In this document: piece by piece, positions 42,029-52,906 of the stretch
How positions within the stretch are numbered: the stretch's first letter is position 1
Layout of the letters: each line of letters starts with the position of its first letter
Source: an uncultured Planctomycetaceae bacterium
Lineage (GTDB): Bacteria; Planctomycetota; Planctomycetia; Planctomycetales; Planctomycetaceae
DNA: 64,000 bases
Assembly: GCA_963813715.1 (NCBI GenBank)
Contig: CAWFAK010000003.1
Coordinates: 1 to 64,000 of the forward strand
Reading direction: 5' to 3'
The notes under the pieces: model-generated
The model's input: only the letters and a program-made list of their open reading frames with translations
What the model was told of the DNA's origin: nothing
Databases searched by the model: none
Program-made: the position numbers and the translations under genes

Positions 42029-43732
42029 ATGGGACTGGGTGCGGCTCTCAATATCGCCGGTAACGCGCTCAACGTGTTCTCGACCGGGGTGCAGGTCACC
42101 GGTCAGAACCTGGCGAACTCCACCACGCCCGGATATATCGTCGAAAATCTCAACCTGCAGACGGCCCCCAGCTACGGCGTCAGTCCGCTGGTCCTTGGGT
42201 CGGGCGTACAAGCGGCCGGCGTCACGCAGCAGGTGAACCAGTATCTGCAGCAGCAGATTCTGGGCGCCAACTCCGACTACAGTTCTTCGAACCAGCTCAA
42301 CTCGGTCTATACGGCGCTGCAGCAGCAGTTGCAGGCGCTGGGGGACAACAACCTGGCGACGCAGTTCAGCAATTTCTCGAGCGCCCTGAGCAGCCTGGCT
42401 AACCAGCCCAGTTCCGCTTCGTTGAATGCCCAGGCCGTTGAAGCCGGGACCGAGCTGGCCAGCTCGATCACGTCGCTCAACGGGTCGGTGAATACGGAGC
42501 GCTCCAACGACAACACACAAGTGCAGCAGCTCGTGAGCCAGGCCAATACGCTGATCCAAAACATCGCCTCGCTCAACCCGCAGATTACGAGCCTTGAATC
42601 GGGCGGGTTGTCGCAGAGCCAGGCCGGCTCGCTCCGCGATCAGCGCTATCAGGACCTGAACCAGCTTTCGCAGATCATCCCCGTCACTTACACAGAAAAC
42701 AGCGACGGCAGCATCAACGTATATAGCGGGGGCAACTATCTGGTGCTGGGCAATCAGTCGCAGCAGCTGCAGACGATCAACTCAAGCAGCGGCGGCATCG
42801 CCACGCTCAACGTACAGATTGGTCCGACGGGGCAGACAATCACGGCCAACACGCCGAGCACGGGAGAGCTGTCGGCCGTGTTGCAGGGGCGCGACAACGT
42901 GCTGGGGGGATTCGTGCAGAACCTCAACACGCTGACGTCGAACATGATTTCGGAGTTCAACCAGGTCTACGCGTCGGGGCAGGGGACCGATGGCTACACG
43001 TCGATCACGGCCGCGAACTCCGTCAGCGACCCGACGGCCGCTCTCAATCAAGCCGGTTCTGCCTTCACGCCGCAAAACGGCTCATTCGAGGTCCAGGTCA
43101 CCAACCAGAACACGGGGCTGACCACCACGTCGACGATCAACGTCAACCTGACGGGGTCAAGTAGCGACACGACGCTCGACAGCCTGGCGACCGAGCTCAA
43201 CGGTGTGGCGAACGTGTCGGCCAGCATCTCGCCCGACGGCTATCTCGAGATTGATGCGGATCCCAACTACCAGATCCAGTTCTCCAACGACACGAGCAAC
43301 GCGCTGTCGTCGTTGGGGGTCAACACGTTCTTTACCGGCTCCGATTCGTCGAACATCGGCGTTAACTCGGTGGTCGCCGCGAACCCGAACACATTCGCGT
43401 CGGGGCAGGGGGGCGGTTCATCCGACGGCAGCAATGCCCTGGCCCTCTCCCAGTTTGCCAGCAATCCGCTGGCTGGCCTCGACGGCGAGAGCCTGACGAC
43501 CAATTACAACGCCCTGGTGACCGGCGTCGCGAACAATGCCTCGGCGGAGACGACTCTCTCGACGAGCCAGAACGATTTTCTGCAGTCGCTCACCTCGCAA
43601 CAGCAGCAATACTCGGGCGTCAGCCTCGATCAGCAAGCGATCCAACTGATGCAATATCAGGAGGATTACCAGGCGTCGGCCAAGGTGGTGACGACGATCG
43701 ACAATCTCTATCAGGTGTTGATGCAAATGTAG
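42029..43732 (+). CDS. flgK: flagellar hook-associated protein FlgK
   Basis: NLANSTTPGY, LRDQR, SGVSLD and YQASAKV. Confidence 0.92.
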   Translation: MGLGAALNIAGNALNVFSTGVQVTGQNLANSTTPGYIVENLNLQTAPSYGVSPLVLGSGVQAAGVTQQVNQYLQQQILGANSDYSSSNQLNSVYTALQQQLQALGDNNLATQFSNFSSALSSLANQPSSASLNAQAVEAGTELASSITSLNGSVNTERSNDNTQVQQLVSQANTLIQNIASLNPQITSLESGGLSQSQAGSLRDQRYQDLNQLSQIIPVTYTENSDGSINVYSGGNYLVLGNQSQQLQTINSSSGGIATLNVQIGPTGQTITANTPSTGELSAVLQGRDNVLGGFVQNLNTLTSNMISEFNQVYASGQGTDGYTSITAANSVSDPTAALNQAGSAFTPQNGSFEVQVTNQNTGLTTTSTINVNLTGSSSDTTLDSLATELNGVANVSASISPDGYLEIDADPNYQIQFSNDTSNALSSLGVNTFFTGSDSSNIGVNSVVAANPNTFASGQGGGSSDGSNALALSQFASNPLAGLDGESLTTNYNALVTGVANNASAETTLSTSQNDFLQSLTSQQQQYSGVSLDQQAIQLMQYQEDYQASAKVVTTIDNLYQVLMQM

Positions 43733-43781
43733 AGCGGCCCGTGACGCCGGCGGGAGACCGGCCGTTGAAGGAAGAAGTGCC

Positions 43782-45731
43782 ATGTCAGTTGTCGGCGTCG
43801 GAATGGGATCGATCCCGAACAGCCTGATCGCGTCCCAAAATACCACCAACATCAACACGCTGATGCAGTCGTTGCAGCAGCTCGACCAGGAGGTCTCCAC
43901 CGGCCTGGCTTTCACGATGCCCGGGCAAAATCCGACGGCCACCGCGGCGATCCTGCCGCTGCAGCAAAACATTTCCCAGCAGACGACCTACCAGAACAGC
44001 CTGACGACGGACCTCGGGTTCCTCAACACGACCGATACGTCGCTGCAAACCGTCTCCACGTCGCTCGACCAGGCAAATTCGCTGTTGTTGGGCGGGATTG
44101 GCTCGACCGCCACCCCCGCGGAAAACCAGGCCGCGGCCACGCAGGTCGGCTCGATCATCAGCGGACTGGTGAACGTCGCCAATTCGACCTTCGAGGGGCA
44201 GTATCTCTTCGGCGGCAGCGAATCGAAGCAGCCCCCCTTTCAAGTCACCTCGAGCGGGGCCATTCTCTACACCGGCAACCAGGCTTCGATCAATTCGCAG
44301 GTCGGCTCGGGCCTGGTTGTGGCCAACAACATCAGCGGCGTGACCGCCTTCGGCGCCATTTCCACGCCGGTCGGCTCGGATCTCAACCCGGCGGTGACCT
44401 CGCAGACGAACCTATCGGACCTCAACAACGGCCGCGGCGTGCCCGCCGGCTCGATCCAGGTGACACTCACTCCCACCAGCGGACCGGCGACCACGGAGAC
44501 GATTAACCTGTCGCAGGCCAAGTCGGTGGGCGACGTGCAGCAGGCGATTCAAAACGCCTTTCCGGCTGGAGCCGTGACGGTCGGCATCTCCGCGAGTCCG
44601 CCCGCCGATTCGCTCACCATCACTCCGGCCTCGGGAACGGTCGCGGTCAGCGATGTCAACGGTGGGTCGACGGCCCAGTCGCTCGGCATCGCGGGCGCGG
44701 CAGCGCCTTCGATCTCCGGCGGCGACCTCAACCCTACGCTCACGCTTTTGACCCCCGTCTCGGCGCTCAACGGCGGGGCCGGCGTCGACACCACTCACGG
44801 CCTGACCATCACGGACGGCACCGACCAGCAGACCGTAAGCATCGCCGGCGACACGACCGTTCAGGGCGTGCTCAACTCGTTGCAATCCGCCGATCCCAAT
44901 TTGATGGTCGGCATCAACGCGGCGGGGAACGGGCTGGCCATCTCCACGCGATTGAGCGGCGTTAATTTCTCGATCGGCGAGAATGGCGGCACCACGGCCA
45001 CCGACCTGGGCATTCGCACGATGACCGGGTCGACGTTGCTGAGTAGCTTGAACAGTGGGCAGGGCGTGCCGGTCACGGCCACCGACAGCAGCGGCAACCT
45101 GGAGCCGGCGGATCTGGACATCACGCTTCGCAGCGGCTCAACGGTCGACGTCAATCTGGCCGGCGCCACGACCGTGCAGGACGTGCTGAACGATATCAAC
45201 GCCGTCGATCCGGGAACGCTCGTCGCGAGCCTCAACTCGGTTGGCAACGGTATCTCGATCGTCGACAACGACGGCAGCAGCACCGGACCGCTTACCGTGG
45301 CCAGCAACAACGTGGCAACGGCCCTGGGGCTGGCGGGCACGCAGTCGAGCACGGATCCGACACAGCCCCTCGTGGGAACGGACGTCAATCCCCAACAGGC
45401 CAACGGCGTCTTCAATCTGTTGTTGAACCTGCAATCAGCCCTGCAGACCAACAACAACACGGAATTGACTAACCTGCAGCCGCTGATACAGCAAGAGCTG
45501 ACCCGCGTCAGCACGGTGCAGGGGAGCGTCGGTTCGCAGCAGCAGTTGTTGACGCAGGTCCAGTCACAGGCCACGTCGAACCAAACTAGCCTGCAATCGG
45601 CCCTCTCCAACGTGCAGGACGTGAATCTGGCGTCTGCCATCACACAGTTGACGCAAATTCAAACCTCATTGCAGGCGACGCTCCAAACGGCCGCCAGCTC
45701 TATGCAGCTCAGCATCTTCAGCTATCTGTAA
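43782..45731 (+). CDS. flgL: flagellar hook-filament junction protein FlgL with repeated central domains
   Basis: flagellin-like termini (VSTG, ANS..EGQYLFGG, YTGN, LSIFSYL); follows flgK. Confidence 0.85.
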   Translation: MSVVGVGMGSIPNSLIASQNTTNINTLMQSLQQLDQEVSTGLAFTMPGQNPTATAAILPLQQNISQQTTYQNSLTTDLGFLNTTDTSLQTVSTSLDQANSLLLGGIGSTATPAENQAAATQVGSIISGLVNVANSTFEGQYLFGGSESKQPPFQVTSSGAILYTGNQASINSQVGSGLVVANNISGVTAFGAISTPVGSDLNPAVTSQTNLSDLNNGRGVPAGSIQVTLTPTSGPATTETINLSQAKSVGDVQQAIQNAFPAGAVTVGISASPPADSLTITPASGTVAVSDVNGGSTAQSLGIAGAAAPSISGGDLNPTLTLLTPVSALNGGAGVDTTHGLTITDGTDQQTVSIAGDTTVQGVLNSLQSADPNLMVGINAAGNGLAISTRLSGVNFSIGENGGTTATDLGIRTMTGSTLLSSLNSGQGVPVTATDSSGNLEPADLDITLRSGSTVDVNLAGATTVQDVLNDINAVDPGTLVASLNSVGNGISIVDNDGSSTGPLTVASNNVATALGLAGTQSSTDPTQPLVGTDVNPQQANGVFNLLLNLQSALQTNNNTELTNLQPLIQQELTRVSTVQGSVGSQQQLLTQVQSQATSNQTSLQSALSNVQDVNLASAITQLTQIQTSLQATLQTAASSMQLSIFSYL

Positions 45732-46086
45732 CCGCGGACAGCGGGCAACAGGTCGGACCCAGCCGATGCCTCTGCCGTGGCGAAGGCACGTCTAACCCGC
45801 TTGTCTTTAAGCAGTTGGGTGCATTTTGGCCGGCCTGATGGCTCCTCGGCTGCGGCCTCAATCGTCGTCGACGACGGTCAGCGGCCGGCCGGGCAACTTT
45901 CTCGTCGCTTACCGTTGAAGGCCTGCCGCAAAGTCATTATCCTCTTCGTTTTCCGCTGTCGGCCGGACTCGGGCAGGAGGCCGCGGCGATTTGACCGTGG
46001 GGTGACTGCCAAAAGTCCCCGCGCGGTCGACTCAAAGCGGGTGCGCGCAGCACCGCAAATCGTCTGGGAAGGTATCAGGTTTAACA

Positions 46087-46590
46087 ATGTCCGTGCACAT
46101 TCGTTCCAATCGTGGTCGCACGACGCTCCTGCGGAAGGAAGATGCCGACCCGCAGTGGTTCATCGTGGACGCCGATTCGCAGATCGTCGGCCGCCTGGCG
46201 GCAAGCCTGGCCACGGTCCTGATGGGCAAGCACAAGCCCACGTATACGCCTCACGTCGATTCGGGCGACTTCGTGATCGTGCTCAACGCCAAAAAAATTC
46301 GCTTCAGCGGCAAGTCGCTGGCGCATCCCGAACACCAGAAGTTCACCGTCAAATTCGCCAAAAAGGTCTACGAGCGCTACACCGGTTACCCGGGCGGTCG
46401 CCGCTTCACCTCCGGCACGCAAATGCTGGCTCAACATCCCGAGCGGATCATCACCGAGGCCGTGCGGCGAATGCTGCCCAAGAACAAGCTCGGGCACAAC
46501 ATGCTCAAAAAGCTCAAGGTGTACGCTGGGGCCGAGCATCCGCATCAGTCGCAACAGCCGCAACAGTTTCCCGAACACCTGATGCCTTGA
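46087..46590 (+). CDS. rplM: 50S ribosomal protein L13
   Basis: WFIVDA, GRLA, GKHKPTYTPHVDSGD, TGYPGG, MLPKNKLG and HPHQSQQP. Confidence 0.98.
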   Translation: MSVHIRSNRGRTTLLRKEDADPQWFIVDADSQIVGRLAASLATVLMGKHKPTYTPHVDSGDFVIVLNAKKIRFSGKSLAHPEHQKFTVKFAKKVYERYTGYPGGRRFTSGTQMLAQHPERIITEAVRRMLPKNKLGHNMLKKLKVYAGAEHPHQSQQPQQFPEHLMP

Positions 46591-46671
46591 GGCTTCGCTG
46601 ACATAGACGAGGGCGCCGCAGCCAATCTGCTGACACAAGCTCTTTATTAGAAAACTTAGACGAGACGATTC

Positions 46672-47213
46672 ATGGAGACGAGTGACTCGACCACCGCGGA
46701 AGCTGCTGCCGGGACCACCTCGCACACCGCCCAGCCGACTCCCGAGTTGACGTTGGGCAGCGGCGCACCTGCCGAGGAAGCGCCGAAGACTCACGCCGCT
46801 CCCACGATGCGCGGCCGTATCGACAGGTTCGGCGTGGCGATGGGGACCGGGCGCCGCAAGACGGCGGTCGCTCGCGTGCGGATTCGTCGCGGCACAGGCA
46901 AGATGACGATCAACAATCGTCCGCTCGAGGACTATTTCCGCGTTGAACGGAATCGGGCCGTCGTGCAGGGGCCGCTCGAGGCGACCGAGATGGTCGGCCA
47001 CGTCGATATCTGGGTCCGCGCCCAGGGCGGCGGCACGACGGGGCAGGTGGGAGCGATCGTGCTCGGCATCGCCCGTGCCCTACAGGCGATGGAACCCAGC
47101 CTCCACGTCCGGCTGAGCGAAGGCGGCTTTTTGACCCGCGACGGCCGTATGGTCGAACGCAAGAAGTATGGCGCAAAAAGGCCCGCCGCAGCTTCCAATT
47201 CTCCAAGCGCTGA
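46672..47213 (+). CDS. rpsI: 30S ribosomal protein S9 (frameshift near 47172)
   Basis: GTGRRKTAVARV, GGGTTGQ, LTRDGRMVERKKYG; adding one base restores RKKARRSFQFSKR and stop at 47211-47213. Confidence 0.97.
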
Positions 47214-47424
47214 CGCTGGCGGGTCGTTTTTGGTCCCGGCTTCGCTTTCGCGCCAATTTCTACGGCTTGAGTGCTTGCGCGCCCCGGGCCGATCAATCGC
47301 GTTGACCTCGATCGGGGCTCGCGGATACACTTCGACCCCCGTCCGACCCGTCCGCGTTTTGCGGTTGGCGCTCTGAAGCCAGAGCCCGCTCGTCTGCGGA
47401 CGAAACGAGGCGAAGGAGCGCCGC

Positions 47425-50400
47425 GTGAGAGTTCGCAAGGACGCGCCCGGTCCGCATCGCGCGGCCGCGTGCCTGCTGGCCGTCTGTCTGGCCGCCGCCA
47501 TCTTCGTCCCACGATCGTGCGCGGGTGAAAACCCGCCCGTGGCGAGCCAGGCCGCGCCGGACCCGTTGGCCGGAATCGCCCCGATCAAGGCGGAGCCGAT
47601 CACTGCCGAGATCATCGAGTCCCGGCGGAAAGAAGTCCGCAAAGCCAAGGACCTCGACGAAGACACTCGGGCGAAAATCCTCGATCTTTATCAGCAGTCG
47701 CTCGACCTGCTGAAGGCAGCCCAGTCGTTCGCGGCCAAGACGGCTGCGGAAAAGAAGGACGCCGAACACGCACCCAAGCTGGCCGAAGAGGCGAAGGCTG
47801 ACATCAAACACCGGCGGGACGAACAGGAGCATGCCGTCGCGGCCGCAAAGAGCGCGGCACCAACGTCCTCATCGATTCCGTCGGCCGCCACCCAGCCAGC
47901 GCGCACCGTGACGGAACTCGAAGGGGAGTTGAGCGCCGCAAGTTCCTCGCGCGAAGCGCTCACCCGCAAGCAGACGCAGCTCGAAAAGGAAGCCAGTCGC
48001 CGTTCGACGCGCCGCAAAGAAATCCGCGAGCGTCTGCTGGCCATGCACGACGAGTTCGTCGAGGGGCGGAAGCAGGTTGCTGCGCCGCTGTCTAAGGATG
48101 AAGCGGCGGCGATGGCTCTGGCGCATCACAGCCTGGCACAGGCCAAGGTGCAGGCGCTCGAGCAGGAGGCTCCCTGTCTGCGTGCCGAGTTGGCTCAGCT
48201 CGACGCGGAGGATGCCGTCGATCTGGTTCGTCTCCAGCGCGACGTGCTGGTGCAGCGCATCGCCGGCGAAGAGCATCACATCAAATCGGTCACCGAGCTG
48301 TTGGACAAAACACGCCGAGTCGAGGGCGATCGGGCTGTGGCGGCCGCCCGCCGCCTCGAGGTCGAGACCGATCCGCTCTTGCAGGCGCAGGCTGCCGAGA
48401 ACTTGCGCCTGGCCGAGGAATCCCAAAAGCTCAGCAAGCCGATCGAAACGGCCGAGCAGGAACTCAAGAAGGCGAAGGCCGCACTCGAAAAGTTCACCAA
48501 GCAATTCGCGCAGATCAAGCAGAAGGCCGACGGCGTCGGGCTGACGAATCCGATCGGGCAGCTGTTGCGCAAACAGCGGGCCGACCTGCCCGATCCTCCT
48601 CAGCGGAGCGTCGACGCCAGCAGTCAAATCATCGATACGATGCAGTTTCGGCTCTACGAGTTGGACGAAATCCGCTCGGGCGTCGCCAATTCGGAACCGA
48701 TCGTCCAGGAGATTCTGAGCCGCGCTCCGGCGAACATGAGCGAGGAGAGCCGGCGGCTCTTGGAGAAGGCTTCCCGCGACGTGCTCGAGAGCAAGCAGAA
48801 GTCGCTCGATACACTGACGCGAAACGTCAGCAATTACTGCGACACGCTGCTCGAGCTGGTCTTTACCCAGCGAAAGCTGATCGAGCTGCTGAACGAATAC
48901 GCGCAGTACATCGACGAGCGCGTGCTCTGGATTCGCAGCAGCAAGCCGCTCGCCGCGTCGGACGTCTTTCGTGGTCGGGCGATCGCCTGGCTGGTTCGTC
49001 CATCCAATTGGGGCCAGGTAATTTCCGCCCTTTGGACCGACGCCCGCGCCAACCCGTTTGCGGTCTGCGCCTTCCTGCAGTTGGCGGCCGCCTTCTGGTA
49101 CTTCCGCCGCCGCTTTAAGAGCGAGATCGAGAATCTGGGACACGATGCGCACCACTCGAACTTCACGCGGTTTCTCCCGACCCTGCGCGCCTTCGGACTG
49201 ACCTTGGGAACCTCGCTTGCCGGGACGGGCATCTTGGCCTTTGTCGCCCGGCGCTTGGCTGTCTCGGCGTACGACGTCGACTTTCCCTCGGCCGTTTCCG
49301 ACGCGCTTTACGCGACGGCCTGGTTCTTCCTGCCGCTCGATCTCATTCGCCGGACGTGCCGCAAGGACGGCCTGGCCGAATCGCACTTTGGCTGGCCGAG
49401 CGGCGCCACGAGAAGCGTGGCACGGGATATCTGGTGGGTGATGGCAATCGGGCTGCCGCTGACCTTTGCGTGCGAGCTGTTGCACGCGGCCGATCCGGAC
49501 AGCGTGCGAAACGCCTGGGATCGCCTGTTGTTTGCGGCGGGGATGGCGTCGATCGCGTTTTTCATTTTCCGCGTCGTCCGACCGCAAGCCGGACTCGTCC
49601 GCGAGTTGTTTCCGGCCGAGCAAGACGAGTGGGTGGTGCGCCTGGAACGGATCGGCCGCTGGGCCGGAGCGATCGGCGCCGTGTTGATCGCGGCCCTCGT
49701 CGTGGGCGGTTACGACTACACGGCACGCCAGTTCGTTTGGCGGCTCTACCTCACCGGAATGGGCCTGCTGGGCGGCTACTACACGCGGGCCCTCCTGTTG
49801 CGTTGGATTCTCGTCCATCGGCGGCTGATGGGCATGCAGCAGTTGAAGGAGCGGCGGGTCACCGAGCTGCGTTCGACCGTCAACTCCGACACGTCGGTGG
49901 TGGCGGCCGTACATTCGGAGCCGGTGCCCAAGGTCGACCTGGCCGCGCTCAGCGCACAGACGCGGACTCTCGTGAACGTCGGTGTCCTCAGCTCGCTCTT
50001 CGTGAGCTTCTGGTGGATCTGGGTCGACGTCTTTCCGTCGATGGGCATTCTCAATCAATGGGAGCTGTGGCCGACCACGATCGGGGACCGAGTCGTGCAA
50101 ATCACGATGGCCAACGTCGTCACCGCCGTCGCGATCGTCACGCTCACCTGGATCGCGATGCGGAACATCCCCGGACTGTTGGAGATGACCATCTTGCAGC
50201 GGCTGCCCATCGATAATGCAGCTCGCTTTGCCTATAGCACGCTGGCCCGCTATGCCATCGTGGTAGTCGGGCTGGCGTCGGCCTCGAGCACGATCGGCAT
50301 CGGGTGGCAAAAGGTCCAGTGGCTGGCCACCGCGCTCACGTTCGGATTGGCGTTCGGCCTGCAGGAAATTTTTGCCAACTTCATCGCCGGTTTGATCATC

Positions 50401-50964
50401 CTCTTCGAGCGGCCGATCCGCGTGGGGGACATGGTGACGATCGATAATGTGACGGGCGTGGTCAGCCGCATCCGCATCCGCGCGACGACGATCGGCGACA
50501 GCGACCGCAAGGAGTACATTGTCCCCAACAAGGAATTCATCACCGGCCGCACGCTCAACTGGACTCTGTCGGACACGATCAACCGCATCGTGATCAACGT
50601 CGGCATCGCCTACGGTTCTGACACGGAGCTGGCGCGGGATTTATTGCTCAAGGCGGCCCACGATCATCCGGCCGTCCTCCGCGATCCGGAGCCGAGTGCT
50701 TCGTTCGAGGAGTTTGGCGAGGCGAGCCTGAAACTCGTGCTGCGCTGTTTCTTGCCCAACCTGACGGAGCGGACCCGCGTGATTCACGAACTGCACACGA
50801 CGATCAATCGTTCGTTTGCGGCCCACGGCATCGAGATTCCCTTCCTCCAGCCCGAGACCGCGGCCAAGCCGACCTTCCCCCTGATTGCCAAGAAGGGCAG
50901 CGGGGAAGGGGAGGGGACCTTAATCGGGCCGCCCTCCGGTCACCACGAGCCGGAAGCGGCGTGA
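47425..50964 (+). CDS. MscK/KefA-like mechanosensitive channel
   Basis: signal peptide, long coiled coil, many TM helices and MscS core 'FGLQEIFANFIAGLIILFERPIRVGD'. Confidence 0.92.
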   Translation: MRVRKDAPGPHRAAACLLAVCLAAAIFVPRSCAGENPPVASQAAPDPLAGIAPIKAEPITAEIIESRRKEVRKAKDLDEDTRAKILDLYQQSLDLLKAAQSFAAKTAAEKKDAEHAPKLAEEAKADIKHRRDEQEHAVAAAKSAAPTSSSIPSAATQPARTVTELEGELSAASSSREALTRKQTQLEKEASRRSTRRKEIRERLLAMHDEFVEGRKQVAAPLSKDEAAAMALAHHSLAQAKVQALEQEAPCLRAELAQLDAEDAVDLVRLQRDVLVQRIAGEEHHIKSVTELLDKTRRVEGDRAVAAARRLEVETDPLLQAQAAENLRLAEESQKLSKPIETAEQELKKAKAALEKFTKQFAQIKQKADGVGLTNPIGQLLRKQRADLPDPPQRSVDASSQIIDTMQFRLYELDEIRSGVANSEPIVQEILSRAPANMSEESRRLLEKASRDVLESKQKSLDTLTRNVSNYCDTLLELVFTQRKLIELLNEYAQYIDERVLWIRSSKPLAASDVFRGRAIAWLVRPSNWGQVISALWTDARANPFAVCAFLQLAAAFWYFRRRFKSEIENLGHDAHHSNFTRFLPTLRAFGLTLGTSLAGTGILAFVARRLAVSAYDVDFPSAVSDALYATAWFFLPLDLIRRTCRKDGLAESHFGWPSGATRSVARDIWWVMAIGLPLTFACELLHAADPDSVRNAWDRLLFAAGMASIAFFIFRVVRPQAGLVRELFPAEQDEWVVRLERIGRWAGAIGAVLIAALVVGGYDYTARQFVWRLYLTGMGLLGGYYTRALLLRWILVHRRLMGMQQLKERRVTELRSTVNSDTSVVAAVHSEPVPKVDLAALSAQTRTLVNVGVLSSLFVSFWWIWVDVFPSMGILNQWELWPTTIGDRVVQITMANVVTAVAIVTLTWIAMRNIPGLLEMTILQRLPIDNAARFAYSTLARYAIVVVGLASASSTIGIGWQKVQWLATALTFGLAFGLQEIFANFIAGLIILFERPIRVGDMVTIDNVTGVVSRIRIRATTIGDSDRKEYIVPNKEFITGRTLNWTLSDTINRIVINVGIAYGSDTELARDLLLKAAHDHPAVLRDPEPSASFEEFGEASLKLVLRCFLPNLTERTRVIHELHTTINRSFAAHGIEIPFLQPETAAKPTFPLIAKKGSGEGEGTLIGPPSGHHEPEAA

Positions 50965-50994
50965 GCTCGGACGGCCTGAGCGTGGCAGATCGCT

Positions 50995-52799
50995 TCAGAC
51001 GTCCAGGCCCATCAGCCGCATGATCTCGAGCGCGTTGCTCTTCTGCACGACTCCGGAGCGGATGCGGTAGTCGAACGTCATCTTGCCGTCGATCAGCGAA
51101 TCCTCGAAGTGGAAGTTGATCGCGTGGCTGTCGAGGCGGTTGACCAGCTCGGTGAGCGCCAGGTCGTGCGTCGTCACCAGTCCGATCGCGCCTCGCGTGA
51201 CGAGCGCGCGAATGACGCCTTCCGAACCGATCAGCCGGTCGTGCGAGTTGGTCCCCTGCAGGATTTCGTCGAAGAGGAAGAGCAGGGGCCGGCCGCGGGA
51301 CGACAGGTCGACGACCGACTTGAGCCGGCTGACGGCCGCGTAAAAGAGTGATTCGCCGCTTTGCAGCGAATCGTGGATCCGCATCGCCGTGCCGATTTGA
51401 AAGACCGAGGTGTTTAGCCGCTGCGCTCGAACCGTGGTGCCCGCCTGGGCGAGCACGAGGTTGGTGCCGATCGTCCGCAGCATCGTGCTTTTGCCCGACA
51501 TGTTAGAGCCACTGATCAGGATCAGCCGCGTCTTTTCGTCGAGGCAGACGTTGTTGGACACGCATTGGCCGCGGGGGATGAGCGGGTGGCCGATCTGGCT
51601 GGCCTCGAAGCGGGTGCCGGCGTCGAGAATTTCGGGAAATGGCTGTTCGGGCCGTTCGTAGGCAAAGCCGGCCAGGCAGGCGAGAGCTTCAAATTCGCCG
51701 ACGGCCCGCAGCCAGTCGGGAATGTGCGGTCCGACCTCGCCTCGCCAGACTTCAATCGCGTGCACGAGATGCACCGGCAGTCCCAGCACAAAGGCAATCG
51801 GAGCGAAAAACTGATTTCGCAGGCTGTTATTGAGGTAGTCGATCAGCCGCTGAAGACGGGCGATTTGCCGCGAGGGAGGGAGGCCCTGCGTGTCGAGGCG
51901 GCGGCGGATGTCGGTCAATAGGGGCGCGGAAAACTGCTCCTGCTCGAGAATCGCCAGGACCTGCGACAGGATCGACAGCCCCGACGCGGCTTCGTCGGCG
52001 GTCTGGGCCAGGCGACGAATGTGTCGCCCGTGCGAGATGGCCACCACTCCCTGCACGATCAGCATGAAGACGAAGGGAAACAGAATGTTCCAGACGCAGA
52101 GCACGATCAGCGTGGCGACGGAGAAGACCGCCAGCACCAGCGCGGCCACGCGGACCGGGCCGCTGATCGGCCAGGCCGTCTCGGAGGCCCACGCACTCAG
52201 GCGATTTTGATCCAAATCGTCGCGCACTTCGGCGTCGAGGATGGCGATTCGTTCGCGCAACTCGATCCTTGGCGCGAGTTCCGCGACCGCTTGTTGTCGC
52301 TGCCGGATGATTTCCGGCGCAACCGGATCACGCAACCAGGCGGCGAGCGTATCTTCGCCCAGACGAGTGCGGGCCTGGCAGAGCAACTCGAAGAGTGAGC
52401 CGCGCCCGAACAGGTCGAGATCGCCGGCGTAGAGGTGAGCTTCGTCGCTGTAGCGGTCCCCAGGCGTGCCGTCGCCGCGCCAGCGATCGGCCAGGCGCCG
52501 CAGGCAGCGCTCCCAATAGGCGGTCGCGCGGCGGGCCTGCTTGAGCCGGTCCTCGACGGAGTCCTGCGCCAGACGAGCGCGACGAACAGCACCAGAAAGC
52601 CGATCACCGGCCGTAACGATCCGTTCTCCGACCAGTACCAAATGGCGGCAGCGACCAGGGCGGCGAGAAATACGAAGCCGCGGGCCGCGGAGATGCGATC
52701 GTCGATCGTGGTGAGGCGTTTGAGCCGGGCGAGGCGATCTTCCAGGCGACGCTGATATTCCGACACCCGATCCGCAACCGGGGCGACTGTCATCGGCAT
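50995..52799 (-). CDS. membrane-anchored MutS-like ATPase (frameshift near 52570)
   Basis: SGSNMSGKST, FDEILQGTNS, TTHDL and DLDLFGRGSLF; hydrophobic segments in the N-terminal half. Confidence 0.88.
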
Positions 52800-52906
52800 C
52801 ACGCTGAGATCTCAAACGGAGGGGAGGGCGGGTGACTGCGGTTTTTCCGCGGGTCGTCGTCCGCCGCTGACAATCGTCGCTTTGCGCTTTCGCCCGTGAC
52901 CTGGCT

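Noticed and set aside
46310..46365. Extra residues in L13 (SLAHPEHQKFTV)
   Set aside because: Probably a lineage-specific loop; cannot be evaluated without an alignment
46672..47376. rpsI with a novel C-terminus, or programmed frameshifting
   Set aside because: One added base restores the conserved QFSKR end; it fits the window-wide indel pattern
47869..50310. Long antisense ORFs (also 11475-13079, 14453-16027, 17509-18927, 57221-58732)
   Set aside because: Shadow frames of real genes caused by high-GC codon bias; no motifs
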